Source: Candidatus Coatesbacteria bacterium
GTDB taxonomy: Bacteria; JAFGND01
Direction of reading: 5' to 3'
DNA: 59,964 nt
Assembly: GCA_016927185.1 (NCBI GenBank)
Contig: JAFGND010000064.1
Span: 1 to 59,964 of the forward strand
The notes under the pieces are model-generated. The model was given only the letters and a program-made list of their open reading frames with translations, did no database searches and was not told where the DNA came from. Positions 57,446 to 59,964 of the stretch are shown piece after piece. How positions within the stretch are numbered: position 1 is the stretch's first letter; each line of letters begins with the position of its first letter. The translations under genes were made by a program, and so were the position numbers.

Positions 57446-58474
57446 ATGATGTCAGAATTAAGAAAAGACCCGATTATATGGAGATGGATAATCATTGCAC
57501 CTGAAAGAGGAAGAACACAGCTGCTTCTGAACTCGCAAAAAATGCCTCCGCAGACACCTGAGGATTGCCCGTTCTGTCCAGGGCATGAATACATGACTAC
57601 TCCTGAAATCTGGGCTTACAGACCATCATCTTCACCTGCAAATACGCCTGGCTGGGATATAAGGATTATCCCGAACAAATTTCCTGTTCTTAGAATTGAG
57701 GGAGATTTGAACCGAGAAGCTGATGGAATTTATGATAAGATGAATGCAATTGGTGCAAACGAGGTGATTATAGAGACACCAAACCATGAACAGAGAATGT
57801 GGCAATATGATATTCCAAGGTTTGTAAATCTTCTTAGAGCTTATAAAAACAGGCTGGAAGATCTGCAGAAAGACCCAAGATTCAGGTATATATTGTTATT
57901 CAAGAATGAGGGGCAGGAAGCAGGTGCAATGCAGGCACACAGTCATACCCAGATAGTTGCAACTCCAGTCACCCCGCAACTTGTCAGGGAAATATTGAAA
58001 GGAGCTCGTGATTATTTCATATTCAAGGAACGCTGCATTTTTTGTGATATAATTAATTATGAGAAGAAGGATGGAAGAAGAGTAATTTTCGAGAATGCAG
58101 ATTTCTTTGCTTTCTGTCCCTATGCTTCAAGATTTCCATTTGAGACATGGATACTACCCAAGAGGCATGATCCTGATTATCAGAGCATTAAAGAAGGCGA
58201 ATTATCATCACTTGCTGAAATACTTCAATCAGTTCTTTTGAGGCTGACAAAAGCACTCAATGATCCCCAGTATAATCTCGTGATGTATACCGGACCTGTA
58301 AGAAGATTAAGGGGAGGTTATTGGCAGACTCTTGATATGGATTTCCACTGGCATCTAGAGATAAATCCAAGACTTACAAAACTATCAGGATTTGAATGGG
58401 GAACAGGTTATTATATTAATCCAACTGCTCCAGAAGAAGCTGCAAAATATCTGCGTGAAATAGAACTTGGATAG
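57446..58474 (+). CDS. galT: Galactose-1-phosphate uridylyltransferase
   Basis: SELRKDPI, CPFCPG, PNKFPVL, EVIIETP, HSHTQ catalytic motif, CIFCD, GFEWGTG. Confidence 0.93.
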   Translation: MMSELRKDPIIWRWIIIAPERGRTQLLLNSQKMPPQTPEDCPFCPGHEYMTTPEIWAYRPSSSPANTPGWDIRIIPNKFPVLRIEGDLNREADGIYDKMNAIGANEVIIETPNHEQRMWQYDIPRFVNLLRAYKNRLEDLQKDPRFRYILLFKNEGQEAGAMQAHSHTQIVATPVTPQLVREILKGARDYFIFKERCIFCDIINYEKKDGRRVIFENADFFAFCPYASRFPFETWILPKRHDPDYQSIKEGELSSLAEILQSVLLRLTKALNDPQYNLVMYTGPVRRLRGGYWQTLDMDFHWHLEINPRLTKLSGFEWGTGYYINPTAPEEAAKYLREIELG

Positions 58475-58662
58475 ATAAGTTAAAATCTATCATGCAAGCA
58501 AATTCTGCTTCATTTCCTGAGTATGTCCTTTTTTATAGTATTGTTGCAGATAGAATATTCTGATTTTTTCTTTTCCTAATACATCAATATTACTTCCTCA
58601 TAAGTCAGTCCATTAGTCTTTGGGGCTATATTAAAAGAGAAGAAAAAATCCTTGACAATCTA

Positions 58663-58677
58663 TTTTTTTTTTTTTTT
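58663..58677 (+). repeat. T15 homopolymer in promoter region
   Basis: 15 consecutive T, starting 5 nt after TTGACA (58652-58657). Confidence 0.9.
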
Positions 58678-58705
58678 GACTATATGAAAACTTTGTATAA
58701 AGATA

Positions 58706-58714
58706 TGCTATAAT
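58706..58714 (+). promoter_or_regulatory. Extended -10 promoter element
   Basis: TGcTATAAT, about 50 nt upstream of ATG 58765. SD TAAGGAGG. Confidence 0.55.
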
Positions 58715-58764
58715 CTCTGAAAAATGTTTATACAAAATATCCGATTTAATTTAAGGAGGTTAAA

Positions 58765-59964
58765 ATGAAGACCTTTATAATTATGGTTTTTATACTTTAT
58801 TCAACTAGTATAGTTTTTTCAGCACCTGGGGATTTGATATGGAAGTATAAGACAGAAAATATTATAGGCTCTTCACCATCTGTTTCAGATATTGCTGTAT
58901 TTTTCGGAGGTTATGACACTTATATTTATTCTTTGCACACATCAGATGGATCACTTTTATGGAGATATAAAACTGGTGAAGTTATTCCTTCTTCACCTTT
59001 TTTACACGGAGATTTTTTATATATAGGAAGTAGTGATAATTTTATTTATGCTATTAATAAGACAGATGGAGAATTAAGATGGAGATATCAGACAGGAGGA
59101 GATGTTTTTTCTTCTCCATTTGTTTTTGCAGAAACAGTTTATATTGGGAGCAATGATAATTATCTTTATGCGCTTAATACTTCAGATGGGTCTATGGAAT
59201 GGAGATATCAGACAGGAAATGATATATTTTCTTCACCTTATGTAACAAACAGTATTATATGCTTTGGAAGTCGCGATTTCTACATTTATGCATTAAACAC
59301 CTCAGATGGAATATTAAAATGGAAGTATTTAACAGATGGATCTATAGATTCTTCTCCATTTATTTCCAATGGAGTTGTTTATATTGGAAACAAAAGCAAC
59401 CATGTTTACTGTATAAATGAGGATAATGGAACACCCAAATGGATATATTTGACAGGTGGAAGCGTAGATTCTTCTCCATTTGTCCTGAATAACATAGTTT
59501 ATATTGGATGCAGTGACAGTTATTTATATGCAATCAATGCATCAACAGGAGAATTTAAGTGGAGATATAAGTCAGGTGGTGCAATAGGTTCCTCTCCATT
59601 TGCAGATGAAGAAGAAGTATTTTTCGGGAGCTTTGATACTTATGTTTATTCATTGACTTGTTCTGATGGAAGTTTAAAATGGAGGTATAAAACCAGGACA
59701 ATTAAAGTGATATCTCCAAATGGAGGAGAGCTATGGGAAGTTGGTTCTATTTATGATATTACATGGACATCTGAGAATGTTGATTCTGTTTCAATTAAAT
59801 TTACTTCAGATGGTGGATCTTTATGGACAGAGATAGTAAAGATGTCTTCTAATGAAGGCAAGTATTCATGGACTATACCAGATACTCCTTCAGATAACTG
59901 TCTTGTAAGAATAGACGATATAAAAGATAATGCAACTGATACAAGTGACAGCACATTCACAATA
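58765..59964 (+). CDS. Secreted PQQ-like/BamB-type beta-propeller repeat protein followed by an Ig-like domain; runs off the window (absent from the ORF track)
   Basis: ATG 58765 opens 400 codons with no stop to the window end. Signal peptide MKTFIIMVFILYSTSIVFSA, about 7 repeats of 40 aa (W.Y.TG..I.SSP......VY.GS.D.Y.YA.N..DG), then IKVISPNGGELWEVGSIYDITW. Confidence 0.92.
   Translation, partial: MKTFIIMVFILYSTSIVFSAPGDLIWKYKTENIIGSSPSVSDIAVFFGGYDTYIYSLHTSDGSLLWRYKTGEVIPSSPFLHGDFLYIGSSDNFIYAINKTDGELRWRYQTGGDVFSSPFVFAETVYIGSNDNYLYALNTSDGSMEWRYQTGNDIFSSPYVTNSIICFGSRDFYIYALNTSDGILKWKYLTDGSIDSSPFISNGVVYIGNKSNHVYCINEDNGTPKWIYLTGGSVDSSPFVLNNIVYIGCSDSYLYAINASTGEFKWRYKSGGAIGSSPFADEEEVFFGSFDTYVYSLTCSDGSLKWRYKTRTIKVISPNGGELWEVGSIYDITWTSENVDSVSIKFTSDGGSLWTEIVKMSSNEGKYSWTIPDTPSDNCLVRIDDIKDNATDTSDSTFTI

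Noticed and set aside
58475-58650. Short minus-strand open stretches after galT as a possible pseudogene or transposase remnant
   Set aside because: The fragments are under 40 codons with no start context, recognisable motif or terminal repeats.
58830-59700. ~120-bp periodic repeats that could suggest a CRISPR array
   Set aside because: The repeats are degenerate, in frame and encode 40-aa propeller blades. There are no identical repeats with unique spacers and no cas genes.
140-59960. Many short antisense or overlapping ORFs in the track (e.g. 6624-7106, 9748-10107, 26405-26758, 27749-28114, 44455-44916, 55710-56048, 59751-59960)
   Set aside because: They are shadows of well-supported genes on the other strand or frame. 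They are Ser/Phe/Ile-rich as expected for antisense of K/E-rich genes, with no motifs or RBS.
1-59964. tRNA, rRNA, riboswitches, integrases or transposases, selenocysteine read-through
   Set aside because: I saw no cloverleaf or GC-rich structured RNA in the intergenic gaps, no recombinase or transposase motifs, and no in-frame TGA splitting a recognisable gene. A covariance-model scan is needed to exclude small RNAs.

Overview
AT-rich bacterial chromosomal window, densely coding and mostly housekeeping or signalling. It carries an NtrY/NtrX-like two-component pair, a PorV-like protein, holA, a ~13.5-kb tightly coupled run (Trm112-like, purB, purC, degenerate GGDEF, purL, purQ, lepB, yhaM, lpdA, DUF4126-like, prfB, histidine kinase), a 2-oxoacid:ferredoxin oxidoreductase operon, pyrE, HD-GYP/PilZ/truB, TamB, panB and galT. 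Three secreted enzymes end in type IX secretion (T9SS)-like C-terminal sorting domains, which suggests an anaerobic diderm of the FCB group (inference). I found no rRNA, tRNA, CRISPR array or intact mobile element. The standout locus is 45912-50922. Four tandem exported paralogs (two with lipoboxes) share an invariant GAMCY-x12-CxxC-x36-CxxC signature. They sit directly upstream of a radical SAM/SPASM enzyme lacking an RRE domain and a translationally coupled GT-C glycosyltransferase. This is a candidate uncharacterised protein post-translational modification system. Secondary observations: two coiled-coil/zinc-ribbon paralogs with a CdvA-like motif flanking holA, an I-site-retaining degenerate GGDEF protein inside the pur cluster, a T15 tract upstream of a secreted beta-propeller gene missing from the ORF track, prfB without its frameshift, and a signal peptidase with an internal degenerate duplication. 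All family calls come from visual motif recognition, not database searches.
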